64,000 nucleotides of DNA from Utricularia gibba. Taxonomy: Eukaryota > Plantae > Magnoliophyta. Shown one piece after another: positions 25,762-39,071 of the stretch. Each line of letters begins with the position of its first letter. The first letter of the stretch is position 1. The stretch covers positions 558,001 through 622,000 of the forward strand of contig NEEC01000026.1 of NCBI GenBank assembly GCA_002189035.1, read 5' to 3'. The notes under the pieces are model-generated. The model did not search any database. It was not told where the DNA came from and saw nothing but the letters and a program-made list of their open reading frames with translations. A program made the position numbers and the translations under genes.

Positions 25762-27078
25762 ATGAATTTTTTCAATGAGGGTCATGTCACCTTGCGTGCG
25801 ACTGCGGCGGTATTAACCAAATACTTGATTGGGATGAATGTGTTAATATACTTATATTGGAAAAATTACCATACGAAATATAGGGTGAGACACATGTATT
25901 TCTTTATAGACAAGATTCCTAAACAAGTTGAGTATATTAGTAGGTTGGTGAGTGATGTAAACAACACATCAATTGAGAACTTGAGAATCAGCCGAAATGA
26001 CTTTGGTATTTTATGTAGCCTGTTAGAAAATCATTCTAGTTTAAAGGCTGGAAAATATGTTACAATTCCGAAGATGGTTTGCATATTTTTAAGAATCTCA
26101 GGTCACCATAAAAAAATGTAGGTGCGGAAGCATGTTTATAGGAGGCTTCCAAAAGGTGTTGCATGCAGTCCTTTGCTTTTATGAGGTACTACTAGAGACC
26201 CCAGTAGCTGTTGGAAAATATGCATTCGAAGGAAAGTTCAAATACTTTAAGGGTAGACACATCTTTCATACATGTTTTTTAGAATGTGGCTCCAATTAAC
26301 TATGCATTTGTAGCATTGGGTTGGGGCCATAGATGGTACATACATCGATATACGAGTGAAGAAATCAAAAGCTGCAAGGTATATAAATCAAAATGGTGTG
26401 ATATCGACAAATGTGTTGGGTGTATGTGATGAAGACATGAAATTTATGTATGTGCTAGTTGGGTGGGAGGGGTCTATTGCACACAATTAGGTGCTAAACG
26501 ATACATTCTCAAGATCCGATGATTTTCATGTACACGCAAGTATTTGACTTGTTTAGTCTCTGCATGTGATTTCAATCACTTTATGGAAATGAATATGTGA
26601 TGACACAGGAACATATTACCTATGCTATAATGGATACGCCAATAGGAAAGGTTTTTTGGCACCATACTATGGAGTCCGTTATCACTTGAAGGAGTGGGGA
26701 TAGGGAAATGGAGTATCCTAGAATGCTAAAGAGCTATTCAGCATGTGGCACGCATCAGCCAAAAATGTGATCGAACGAATTTGAGGCTTGATGAAAATGC
26801 GGTGGGGTATACTACAGTCAGCTAGCTACTATTCGGTAGATACACAAAATTGGATTGTTTTGGCATGTGCTTTGCTCCATAACCTAATTCGAAAGGAGAT
26901 GATCGTCGATCATCTAGAGGATGAGGTCCCATTGGATTTCCAGAATGAAATCAGGGAAACAAGTGATACATAAAATGTCATAACGTTTGTTGGAGGAAGT
27001 CAGGCATGGAATAGGTGGCGTGACGAGCAAATTGAGGTGATGTACACCGAGTGGCTCGCAACCTACAGACACCGCTAA
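25762..27078 (+). pseudogene. Harbinger DDE transposase (DDE_Tnp_4 / HARBI1-like), inactivated
   Basis: LRISRNDFGILCSLL...HHKK; GAIDGTYI...NVLGVCD..MKFMYVLVGWEGS; YANRKGFLAPY.GVRYHLKEW; NVIERI*GLMKMRWGIL...ACALLHNLIR. Stops and frameshifts present. Confidence 0.92.
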
Positions 27079-28703
27079 TGTAGGCCTGCTTTAGGTTGTG
27101 GTGTTATTGATTTTCCTAAATGAACATTTTGAAACTATCATGAAGTTTGTACTAGATTTGCTAAGTGAAACTTGTATGCATTAGAAAGATTGAAAAAGCA
27201 TCGCATACATATATATCCAATGCACAACCATACATACATCGGGTGTATGCCAACATGAACACCAATTCTCATAGTATCCGGTGCTTGCTGCAAGTAGTGG
27301 TGGGATTCTACCACTATGATATGTGTTACCATGGGATAACAAGGTATTACATGGAGGACCATTGGACTCGACACCGCGATCTTGGGATGACGTGCTTCGG
27401 AAGTCCTATTAGACATTACAGACTTAGCAGCATCATGTGTTGCCCAGTCCGACGCTTCAAAATTTTGGAAAGACATGAGCTTGAAGTTGCCCCATATTAC
27501 CCGAGTCATAAAATATGATGCTTCTAAACACCTATGGTACACTAAACACATAGCATCACCGCATGCTACCTTATCTAGCATTCTCTTTTTCAATAAAAGT
27601 GAGTTTAAATGGTGAAGTTATCCAACATTAAATGCGCTGGGCGGTTTTTAACCATAGTGGGCAATTAATTCCCACCTGCACACAATAAAGTCACCTGACA
27701 TTTTCCACTTTCCAAAACGACTTCATTAATCATGCCCTTACAACTCCTTCCTTATGGCATACGTGCAACAGTACCGCATACATCGGATTTCTTCACACCC
27801 TCATCAGAAGAGCTTCATGATGATAGGCAGAACAGTACGCAGCCTATTCATATGTGTTTCAGAATCTTCCTTTCTTTCGGTAGTATGATTTCTTTTTCTT
27901 TTTTTGTAGATGTTAGCATGTGACAAACTATGCGCCCGCTTCTCAATTCCTGACGGCTGCATTATGTAGGATAAATTACCCGGTGAAACATCCGACTCTG
28001 AACCACCAACCAGAGTTGGAGCAATGAGATTCGCCGTCAGCACCAAGCACTTTTGGTGTGGATTGCAATTGCCCCCGCCTCCTTTCTTGGTGCGGATACT
28101 TGCTGCACTCTTGATCCCACTCTTGCACTTGACTCCATATTTTGTGGTGCACGTACTCGCGTTTTTGCAGATTTTCCAAGAGGAGGATATACCTCCAAAA
28201 ATGTGTGTCTTCTTTGAAGTCTTCGTGTATGTCAATGTAAGGGGAGTTTGCACTATTCTCTTCATGTCAAACCGGGTGTGTTTCTCGTTACAGACATGAG
28301 AAGCGCATATGATGATTGATGAATTAGTTTCGTATGGGTATGCCCACCCAACGGGCCAACAAAATTGACAGTGTCAGATAATGTTGGACACTCATCAAGT
28401 AATCATATACAAATACTTTAAAATATTCTAAATTTGTGTGCATCATAAGGCATGTTTTTTTTGTCGTCCTATTGTAGTAATGGAGGTCTTGCCAAAGAAT
28501 GCAGCAAAGAGGTTTTTGAATTTGTTCTCTAGCAGAAAAAAGTCACTATAGGACATTTTGCCACCCTTTGTCAATGCTCCTAGAATACAACATTTGTAGT
28601 GTGGAACCCTTGACACCATAGACAACGTAAGAGTACAAACGAAGATGCGGAGGACATGTTCCATGAAGAGGGTGAAAACATGTAGCCAGAAGGCGACAGT
28701 AAC

Positions 28704-29690
28704 GGACCAAAACTGATTTTGATACTAGACGATGAGTACGGAGTTGCTACAGCAAAGTACACCGAGTTGGAGAGATTGCACGCAAAGAATCTTGAACTTT
28801 GTGGATGACTTGCTTGGTATGAGTGCAGGTGACCATATGGTGGACTGTCGAGCAATGATGCAGCCCCACCACGGAAGTTATTAATATTCGATGTAAATGG
28901 CGCACTTGCGCATATTGTGTATCCTTGGGATGTCAAGTGGGGAACTCCGAGGCCAGATGCGGTCATTTATGGGTGAAATGGTAATGTGCTGTATTTCACC
29001 TATGCATCCATCACGACGTGGTACTCTAACATTTGATATGAGTTTAATATTTCTTTTATGTTTCGATACTATTATTGTGGTTTTAGTGTATCTTCGACCA
29101 TAAGCACGTGAGTTGATATAGTTTTGCATGGAACATTTCCACGTCATGATGCGGTCTTTGAGAGGACGGTAAGATTGTCCAATGATTATGTGGTAAGGTC
29201 TATATGATGCTGACGCTTGATTTTCTCGATAAAATATTTCAATGAACAATTGCACGATGTGATTCAGGGGTTACTAGGACCTGCAACCGCCAACAAGCTT
29301 GTCTTCTAATGGGATGGATCCAGGACTATGGACACTAGTTATCCAATCACAACAATAGGAACAACACTATTAAGCTGAAGTTGTTGACTCATGTTTCGAG
29401 CGCCAACATAGAGTTCCAGGGCAAATATCACCATCTTAATACACTACTCATCAATGATGCGCCATACAAGTCACTACACAACCCGATGAGTGTCTCATCA
29501 CTCTCTTGCACCTTGCCATATTCCCAACAATTGTTCCCTGGTTTGAGGGGGTGATATTAGGTCGTTCTTGGAAGCGTTCATTGACATAATGGATGTTCCC
29601 ACACACGACGATCACCGACGAGTAGGTCAACATCCAATAAATGAAAAAACCAACAGTGGAAGCAGTACAAGGTTATTGCATGATAGATGA
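28704..29690 (+). pseudogene. Captured FCP1/NIF-domain (HAD-like CTD-phosphatase-like) gene relic inside the Harbinger element
   Basis: Collinear motifs by manual translation: KLILILD (28709-28730); after a probable intron (AG at 29085-29086), VYLRP*ARELI*FCMEHFHV; KLVF*WDGSRTMDT (~29295-29336); NTLLINDAPYKSLHNP (29438-29485); FLEAFIDIMDVP...GQHPINE (29565 onward). These follow plant NIF proteins (KLLVLD.NG, VFKRP..F..FC, LFCWDQSHCTDTG, NTLLIDDSPYKALLNP, YLE.L..A.DV...FGQ.AI). Confidence 0.78.
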
Positions 29691-30199
29691 TATACCTTTA
29701 ATTTGCATGGATCTTGCGTGAACTACGGTATTCTAACTTTGTTATTATGTGATCGAACAACTATTGCAGAAGCAACGCATGTATTAAGATCCAATGCCAT
29801 ATCTAACCATTGCACAATGTGTCCATATGCGGTACTTCATAACAATCAACACCAACACGATGCTCTTCCATCACTTCTTGGTAGCACCGCACTGTGATGT
29901 GCCATTGTTTGAAGCACTGTGTTTATGGGTTAGTGCTTCAAAGCGTAGCACTACGCTTGTTCATATGCAGTGCTTCCACAAAGGACGTGGAACATTGTCT
30001 ATCGTCTACTATAATGCTCACACCCTGCACTCAACCCTGCCCACTTCAATCAGGTGTTGTGTATACGAATTACATGTATTCATCTTCCGCCCTCATTTTC
30101 ATGTGGAATACCATACATATTTGTTTACAAGATGCTTAGAAGATGAAATAAATATAGTCCATGAGTCCAACAAAATGCCAAAACTGTACAAAAGATTTA

Positions 30200-31201
30200 A
30201 GATCTAAGGTCAAATGCAAGACTATGCACAATCAGCTCTCTTTCGCAATCATTTGAGGACGGAAACTAGTGCAACCTTACAGGGTTGGAGCTAATCATCT
30301 TTGCTATGGTAAAACATTGGAATGCAGAAAGTTGCAGTAGCATACCTCTGATGATCTCCCCTGCCTGATGCTGATTGTCCACCAACTCTCGCGATTGCTA
30401 CAGCACTGTTAATCCCAAGTGACGTAGCTCCTCACATGTGCACATATTATACTCCTTCATTTCTTTGAGGAGCTGCATATCATCATCGATTCCCCTCGGT
30501 CCCCGTCCGCTTCGTCTAGACCATCGTGAGTTGGTGTTGTTGTGTGATTCAAAGTCTCTACTCTTAGGAGTGACATTCACTCTCCACGCCACAACCAAAT
30601 GGGTCACAGGATGTGTCAGCGTACAAAAAGTTTATATCTTGTCCAATGATATCCGGATCCAGGGGACAATCCAAAGATGCATCCAAATTCTCACCAACAT
30701 CTTTAACTAATTTTCTCTTCATGGTCATAGTATTATCCCTGCCACTCCATGTAATACAGCCATGCTTTGTATCTTAGTACGCACAGCCTCGGTGCATGCT
30801 AACATAACCACATGATAAGCATCGGATATAACATCACCGACTGTAAGGCATACGTCCTAGTCAATCTCCTTCCAAACCTCCTCGTTAGCGTCTATGGTGT
30901 AGGTTAGCTCATTGAAATCGGTGCCCGACCTTGATAAAAAATCTACAAGGAGATAATAGCCTTTTTTCTATGTATGCACCTTGTTGGATATGTGCAGGTG
31001 TGCATGGATGTCAATTTCTGGGCGGAGTTTCAATAACTCTATCTCTAGTGCTCGGTGATACTCCCTCTTGAAACCATTCTCAATTTTCCAGCCTTCTTTC
31101 ACTATCTGCTTCAGAGCATGCAACAAATCCTTCTCCCCATCTGGCTTCCAGACCCGCTTCGTATTTTTGGTGGAGTCTTCCATGTCATTTGGGCTATGCA
31201 T
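30200..31201 (-). pseudogene. Harbinger ORF1, Myb/SANT-like DNA-binding protein, inactivated
   Basis: KRVWKPDGEKDLLHALKQIVKEGWKIENGFKREY..ALE..L...P..DIHAH.HISNKVHT*KK matches the Myb_DNA-bind_3 pattern. The 3' end position is approximate. Confidence 0.88.
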
Positions 31202-32099
31202 ACCTATGGTTTATACTAAAGGAAAAAAATAGGAATAATAAAGCAAAATCAACGACGACTTACAATAAGTCAACCCTAGAATTAACTCTGAAATCAACAA
31301 ATTTTAAGTGAGAAAATCCACACAAAGAATGGCATACACAATCTGCAATTGACCCATGGCCCAAAGCCCTCACTTACTAGTGAAATCGTAGGAGATCTCA
31401 TCGCACGGCAGCACCATAACCCCATAGATGATGTCGATGGAGAAAGGGGAAAACTAATTGTGATAAAAATGTGTAATAATTTTTGGGAAAGGCTATATTG
31501 GTAATTTCATATGAACATTTATCACAAACCTAATTTTATACCCACGTAACAAACATGTTTTATAATTTAAACCCATCAACCAAACACGAATAATCTTCTA
31601 AACCCATCAAATCCATTTATCTAAATCCAAATAAACTAAATCCGAGTTTAAGTGTTACCCAATAACCAAACGTGGCCTTAGTTCTACCATTTCATAAGCT
31701 TGATGAGATTAGATCTACTCGATTCTATTAATCACTATCCAAGAAATCACATATGTTACTACATTCCAAACTCATTTGTCTATCTTTAGATTGGGCTTCC
31801 AAAGCTAAACCTATTTTCTTTTTCCTCTTATAGATCTATCCTGAAATGTTAAATACCAAAACAGACAATATCATACAAAGCGTGGATGGGTCATGATATC
31901 AAGCACCATCACTAGGGAACTCATATGTTGTTCCTCATAAGTCGTTCTATAGTTTGAAAACATTGTAAAGTCCCTTGTCGAGAGTACCACTAAAATACAA
32001 TGGAACAAAAGGATATTAAATATCAAATAATGATCATGAAATAACCCTTACCATGCAATTCAAATGTGATCATCAATTATTAGTTATTGTGACATGGCT

Positions 32100-34085
32100 T
32101 ATGTTTCACATAAGAAGTATTATGGACCATTTCCCTAACTTTGTTAGTATCTTATTTATCAAGCGCTATCGGGTCATTATGCACACAATTATGTACAGCC
32201 GGAGTCATTAGCTATCTTCCAATCTTGCAATAAAGGGATGGTGGATCACTACCTATTCCCTATTGGGAAGTAAAGGAGGAAGATGACTGGGTTGTGTCAT
32301 ACCCACATAGGATTGTTAGAAGAGATCAGATGGAGCATCGCCGATTGATTTAACAAGTGACGTGCAAAGGTGTCCAAGTGGAAGTGTAGTTACACCTCAT
32401 CATCCATGCAAACTGTAGAAAACAACTTCATAACAAAGGTTGGTGTAGAGATCAGATCTACAGATGAATGGCATTGGGAACGAGTCAAGGGCTTGCATCA
32501 TTATTGAGTTAATCTCTGGGACTCCTTGTGTTCTTGTCAGATATAGCAACTAACTAGTAAGTGCTTGTGTTTAACACAAATTATATTTGCTTTCTTACTT
32601 CATAATCCAAGAGATCACATACATGATTGGTATAATGATATGCATTTTAGAGAAACATACGCTCGCTCCATTCATGATAATGGTCATAAAAAAATGTTTT
32701 TATTGTTAATTTTTTGCTTCAATTTTTTTTAACTTTGTTTAGAAGGTATATAGGATAGTAAGGAATCATTGATATTGGACAAGAGCAAGATACTACTGAT
32801 GCATGTCGTAACTTGTAGATAAATGTCACAGTTTAACACGTTCAACGCATCAAAAGAAATTTATAAACCTAATAATTCTACTATACAAATTAAAGAAATT
32901 AATGTAGCATGGCAAAAAAGGGTCGAATCCACAAGGAATGGTTGTAATTTCTCGAAGTCCTTTACATTTACTAAAATAGGGGTGATTCTAGGGGTTTAGC
33001 TTTTATGCATGTGAGACATAAAATAACAGTAATTGAAATAAACAAGTTACAGGGGTGAGTGAGCATAGAGAATAACAAGAATGCATAAAAATATAAAATG
33101 AAGGTGATTTGACTGGGTTTTACACTAGGATATGTTTCTTGTGTCACTCAAGAAAGTCCATAGGCTTAAACTCAGCTTTATCATGCCCAAAGATAGAGTA
33201 AAGGATTGTAGGAACAGTACATGTAATATTTCATTTAAAACTAAAGAGGAAGACCTTACACATAAACAATTTCATAAACTAAAATAACATCTACAAGAGG
33301 TGTCTCATTCATAGCCAAGCACCAGAAATGTAACAAAGCAAGGAAATGCAGAAAATAACAACAACAAGCTCAACAACAAAAATGGAAGTGCGGAAAGCTA
33401 AAGTAAATTTTCAAACAGGTGCTATAGGTCGTAGATCTGCTGAAACTGAACATTTCGGATGGAAATATGGTAGGAAAATGTAGATTTGGAAGCTGTCGGA
33501 GCCGTTCTTCGGAGAACCACCTTTCTCCTCGCTTCCTACTCCTTGTTGTTCGCTTCCTCTCTCTCTTGCTTCTTCTTTTCTTTTCCCGCTCAAAGTAATG
33601 ATATCTCCATCTTTTTCATGGACTTCTGAAGAAAGATCTCCGCTCTATATTTTATCTTTACAGAAGGTGGCTGCGGAAAACGCACTGCCAATATTGGTTT
33701 CTACCCTTTTAAGATGTAGAAACACATTAGAAATAAACATTAGAGTTTTCAACGTAATTGTTTCCAATTAAGCCCATTTTCACAACAAACACTTTACAAT
33801 AAACTAGTTGCATGAAAAGAAACCATTACACATATTAAATAGCATTTTGCCTCATAAAACAACCCTAAATACTACAAAAATACAATAAAAATGGTGTTAT
33901 CAATTACCTTCAATGTTCCATATGACACCTCGCAATAGACCTAAGAAGCATAAAAAAAGGCCACCTTATGAAAAACAATCGCCTCATAGGAAATAGAACA
34001 AAACTGGAACAAGACAATGACAATTTTGTCGTGCATGCGGATATACGAGGCACAACATATGGACATGTGAGCTGAACTTCAAAAA
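32100..34085 (+). pseudogene. Mutator-like (MULE) transposase C-terminal relic interrupted by a solo LTR
   Basis: SWIM-like HY*VNLWDSLCSCQI*QLT (~32498-32556). After the LTR: PRNRPKKHKKR and Zn-knuckle CRACGYTRHNIWTC (34027-34068). The start position is approximate. Confidence 0.65.
32797..33902 (-). mobile_element. Solo LTR (1106 bp), Athila-like, reverse orientation
   Basis: TG...CA ends (TGATG.../...GTTATCA), near-TSD ACTAC/ATTAC, and gggtcgaatccacaagg similar to the reverse complement of the 22966-24336 LTR end. Confidence 0.72.
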
Positions 34086-34980
34086 AAGTTAGTTTGCTAT
34101 ATTGGATCATAGTTTTGTTTCATATGGTGTGGTATTATTTGTTATCAAAGTATATTATTTCCTCATTATGGGAAGAAGAAGGTTGTGAAAAAATGAAGGA
34201 AATGAGCAAGGAACACAAGAGTCATCCAAGGAAACAGAGTCAAAGGTCACCTCTAATGAACTCAAAAAACCAATTACATCAAAGGGAAACAAAGACATGC
34301 CAAATAAAGACAAAAAGGTATAATTTTTTCGTAGTTCTTTCATCCTTAAGCTCATGTGTTCAATTAATCCAAATCAGGATCCACAAGTGAAACAAGAAAA
34401 GACTTTGAGCATGGAGCCCCTACGATGGTGGGACAGTAGTTTGCCAATTGCCAAAACATCATTCTTTCATCTGATATTCCACTATTGTGAACAACTATGG
34501 TGGATCAAACCAAAAGATGAAGGATAACAAGAAGAAGAAGTGTCTTCCTGGGTTTCGTAAGTATGGTACCCTTATTGAGTTTGATTTTACAAAAGTGCTA
34601 CGTCATATTAGAGGTGAGATTCCACAAGAGCGGCTGGACATTTCTAATTTCATTGATCCTTTATATTTTAATGAGAGGGTTGGTAATGAGGGAGAGAGTT
34701 CATAGAAGATTCCCCATGAACCAGCCTTCCTCAGTTGCTTATACGTGGTGTGGCCTAATATTTATCGATAAGGTGAACTTCGTTTTATATTTGAATATTA
34801 CATACAATGTGTTTAACCATTTATGTTCTACAACTAAAGGTCATTGGCTGATGATGATATGCTACAACTTTGGAGTCACACACAATAGAATGATCACTAT
34901 CTTACATTCTTTGAGAGCAGGAGATGCACGATATCTAGCGAAGTAAGATTTGTATCGGTACTACAAACTATTATACTACA

Positions 34981-35970
34981 TGTTGCGTGTCGTTTTTTCA
35001 ACAAATTTTAATTTATTAAAATGTAAAACACAAAAGAACGTTGTACGAGTGTTGATCTCAGGGAGTTGAGTTTTGCAAAAAGTGTTTTGTGATAGACTTT
35101 TACAAATTGTCACGGGTTAGTTAAAGAGGGTTTTTGAAGTACAAAAATAAAAGATGCAACGCAAGTAATGGACCTTGACTAAGGGTTGTTGTTCCTGGAA
35201 TTGAATTCCGTTTCCTTCTTTTGTCTATCATCACCTCCGCTTTCACTGATTCCTTCTGAATAACTAGTTATTGGAGCAAGGAATAGCCGACTCTCCCTTA
35301 CACTCTAATTGACAAGGAGGCACAGAAATAGCCTCATTTAATTCCTCTTTGGACGATTGAAAAGACAAGAGGATTGTCGTTGAATGCCTTTAAAACTGAA
35401 TTTTGCGTGTGTACCCAGTTGTTACCAATGACCAATGGTAGGTACGAGGTCACTACCTATCCATTGTTACGGTACCTCGATCACAAACAATGCGCTACTT
35501 CACTCGAACCAGTAGAGTTGGAGATTGTGCTCTTCACCTTGCTTTTTATCAAAATCCACGAGGAGTAGCCTACTACTCATAGACCATGACTACGAATCGC
35601 TACATAAAGACTGCAACAAGACGCATGGAAGTATGCAAAATCCAGAATGAATTCAGTAAAAAATTGAGATTAATGCTCACAACTTGGAAGGAAACTTCAT
35701 CTACTCCTAGAAACTAAAAGAGTTTAGCCAAAAATGTCAATGAAAGCAAAAAATGAAATGGAAAGCTAAAGTGTTCTTCCTCCCTTAGAGGAGAGGAAGA
35801 ACCAAAAGTTTTAAGTGCAAAAAGTAAGTGTCAAAAGTCCGAAAGAGATTGTTTCAAGTTGGTTTTAATTCAATCTCCACGTGCATGAACTTCTTCTACT
35901 CCATTCCATCATTTTTGTTGTCTTGCGTATGCCAACAACTTTTCCATGCATGCAAGTAAACGTCTAATCA
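34981..35970 (-). mobile_element. Probable LTR (~990 bp), reverse orientation, no TSD found
   Basis: The left end TGTTGCGTGTCG resembles the left end of 32797 (TGATGCATGTCG), and the right end is ...CTAATCA. Flanks do not match (CTACA/TTGTT). Confidence 0.45.
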
Positions 35971-38900
35971 TTGTTACAGACTCTGACATACCGTAAGTCA
36001 GGGATCCTGACTAGTGTCAGTCTTCTGCCCACAATTGACCAAAGTTGCGTGCAAGGCACGAAACGTCAGAGTTTGGTCTCTTGCAACACTTCAAACCTGC
36101 CTCCTGACATTTTGGATGAAAGTATACGAAAAAAAATAACAAAATATGTACAAAATTCAAAAATAGAGATTTTTTAATAAAATCTAATACTTAACAATAT
36201 AACTCTTAATTTGGACGACTTAGTACTAAATTAACACATAATAATACATAGTAATAACTAGAAAATGACACTTAACACTACATCAATAAAAGAGCTATGA
36301 CTAATTCACTATTTCACCTATGTAGGTGTTTGAAATACATGTTACGGTATGCGCACCTTTTGATGTTAACAAGTTGGCTTCAATGCCTATTCACTTTCTT
36401 GAGATACACGCAATGCAACCCCAATAGATAGCATAGCATAGACAAGTTATTCTTTTTATAATTTTCACCACAAATTAGATCAACTAAGTGCAGGTTATAT
36501 GTTTTATATTTGATGAGGTTCCTCATGCGGAATGCACTGCCAGTTTTCTTTCCTTCTGAATATTCATCATCTGTAAGCCTTTGATCATTCAAAAATGTGG
36601 AATACAATAGGTGGAACATTATTAACTTTGGTCGTTTTGTAGCTTATGATAAGTTGATACATGAGTTACGATGTATTACAGTTCTCTCTAACATGTGGAT
36701 GGTCAAATGTTACGATGGGTGGACATCGGTGATTCCCTTGAAATCGGATAAGTATAGCATGAGAGGACAAACCGGTTAGTTGGATGTCAGTGATTCTCAA
36801 ATTTCATTAGCTATATAGTTGTTTCTTTTGGTTGGTATGCCTCTAATATGATATTTAAACATTTTGATGATTCCTTAAAAATGTTTAAATATCTAATATT
36901 TAATTTTCATTGTGCCCAATCAATAGAAACATGCTCCCAATATGGCCATGAATAAAGGGCATTAGTATACATATATAAATTCCATCATATTGAAAATAGT
37001 GATAATAATAGCAATAACAATATATGTATAACAATAATAATGACAACAGCAACAACAATAATAATAATAATAAAATAATAATAATGTATTTATAATTAAA
37101 AATGAATATGGTATATGGAAAGATTCTATTTAATAGAGTTAGTTTGAGTTTGCCCAATTATGTGACAAGTATGAATACAATACAATAATTAAGTCACATA
37201 ATGAAATAAATAAAAATTGAGAGTTCAACTAAGTACACGTTTTACTTCATATAAAGATTTAATTAGAAATTTACTTGAATCTAAAATTAATAAGTTAAAG
37301 AAAATGAATAAGAAAAAGACACATATATATTTTTTCTAACAATTTTTAATATATTAACTATTTTTAATATATTTTGTCCAAAATCACAATTTTCAATAAA
37401 TGTGTGTATTAAAAAGTATGCATAAAAAAAGTTTGTATTGTTTTTCAATATTTTTAAATAATGTATATACCTATACATTATTTTAAAAACGTTGATGTTT
37501 AAAAAATAATATAATATTAAATGTTCATGCTAAAATGATATATTTTGAAACATTTATATTGAATTTGAATAAAAAATTAAAACATTTGTACTATAACTTT
37601 GAGAAACATATGAGTCTAATCATAACCGATTTTTAAAATTTTTGTATTGAAACATATTTTTTCCCTACCCACATTTACTAACACCACTAAAATGCAATAA
37701 CGGCTATATAACACCACTAATTCCCTGAAATAATTGGATGGCATTTGGATGTCCTGTTGTTAAACGATGGGATCTCACTATTTCTGACCGTGTTGATAAA
37801 TAGCCTTCTATGAAATATGATTGTGCAAAGTGGCCCTATTCTATAAATCTTTGCAGAATAATTATACTCTTTAAAAAATAATTATTTTGTATTCAATTTA
37901 TATTTAAAATTACAATTTAATATTATTTTCATATAATTAATATTGCTTACATATAAATTTAAAATTCAGTTTAATACATTATAGATAAAATGTTATTCTA
38001 ATTATAAATATATTGACTTTTTGTGAATATTGAATATTTTTATTATATAAATATGATATTATATAATATTTAAAAAAGTAAAAGTTATAAAATAATAATC
38101 AATTTTCTAAAAAGCTCCATTATTTCCGTTACAGTTTTGGGAAAGTGAATGAATCGATGGTGGAGAAGGGAGAAATGGTGGAGATGAAGCGGGCACACCA
38201 TGTGGCGTGGCATGCTGAGTCTCCATTATGCTCTATTTTAGCAGCAGAGTGGAAGCATGACTGAACGAAGACACGACTCTAATCGCCCCCATTTATCCAA
38301 AAATAATAGTTAGTTTTTTCTGTTTTTAAAGCTTAGTTATGAGTTCTGACAGCATTCCTTTTGAGCATTCCCAATTCCGTTTTTTTCTTGCGGAGCATTT
38401 GCTGTCAGCATTTTTGCAAATCACAACGAATAGAACAAGCAGTATTGCAGCCATTCTGCAATACACGCAACCCAATCCATCAGCATTTTGTCAACCTTAG
38501 TTTACGGTTCAACAAAAAATGGGTGATCTGCGTTATTCGTGTGTATTTTGGCCTGGGGAGCCTTGGTCTGTGTCACCGAAGTAGCCGTCCATGTTTCGTT
38601 TTGGGCTGGTGGTCCACCTCGCCCACTCTCTCCAGCAGGGTTAGTGCTCGGCGTTCACACACCATATACGGAAAAAGTAAACAGGCTCCTGATCCCACAA
38701 CACGGACCGGACCGAGTTGAGTAACCAGAGTTGGAATTGTTTTTCAAACTTGGACGTGGTCGTCCAAGGCAATCATATCTATACATCTACCCAGTTTCCA
38801 TCTTAATCGGCGTTGAGTCTCAATTATTCAACGCGGGTATTGATCTTGACAAATGTATTAGTGTGTGTTTACTTGGATACAACGAGCAGAGAATGCAATT

Positions 38901-39059
38901 GTTTACTTTGATACGATCGCTATGACACTCAAACCGAGATAGATAGGTATTGTGCATTTGGGTGGGTTTTTGTTGTCTTTGCATTTCATTTGGGGTTTGT
39001 TTCGCATTTAATTTACGTGTCTCAGCAGGGCAGAGCTGTGGTGACCTCGCGTTGAAACT

Positions 39060-39071
39060 TTGACTTTGACC
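39060..39071 (+). promoter_or_regulatory. Tandem W-boxes upstream of the CCCH gene
   Basis: TTGACT immediately followed by TTGACC, ~90 bp upstream of a TATATATA tract (~39160-39170). Confidence 0.4.

Larger units (their letters stand above)
25307..31677. mobile_element. PIF/Harbinger DNA transposon (6371 bp), both ends intact, internal ORFs decayed, carrying cargo
   Basis: TIRs GGCCACGTTTGGTT / AACCAAACGTGGCC and TTA TSD (25304-25306, 31678-31680). Convergent transposase and Myb/SANT ORFs. Confidence 0.95.

Noticed and set aside
27140-28400. DNA methyltransferase cargo (GPPC, YYENW and LVGGS-like words)
   Set aside because: The motif-like words are in different frames and do not follow canonical or DRM order, so they are likely chance matches. 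Left unassigned.
34487-34946. Host gene in the two overlapping ORFs
   Set aside because: No recognisable domain or splice structure, and it lies between TE relics; probably decayed TE-derived sequence.
38346-38409. miRNA precursor (CTGACAGCA...TGCTGTCAG)
   Set aside because: Only a 9-bp perfect stem, with no match to a miRNA family I recognise; the miR156 similarity is limited to TGACAG.
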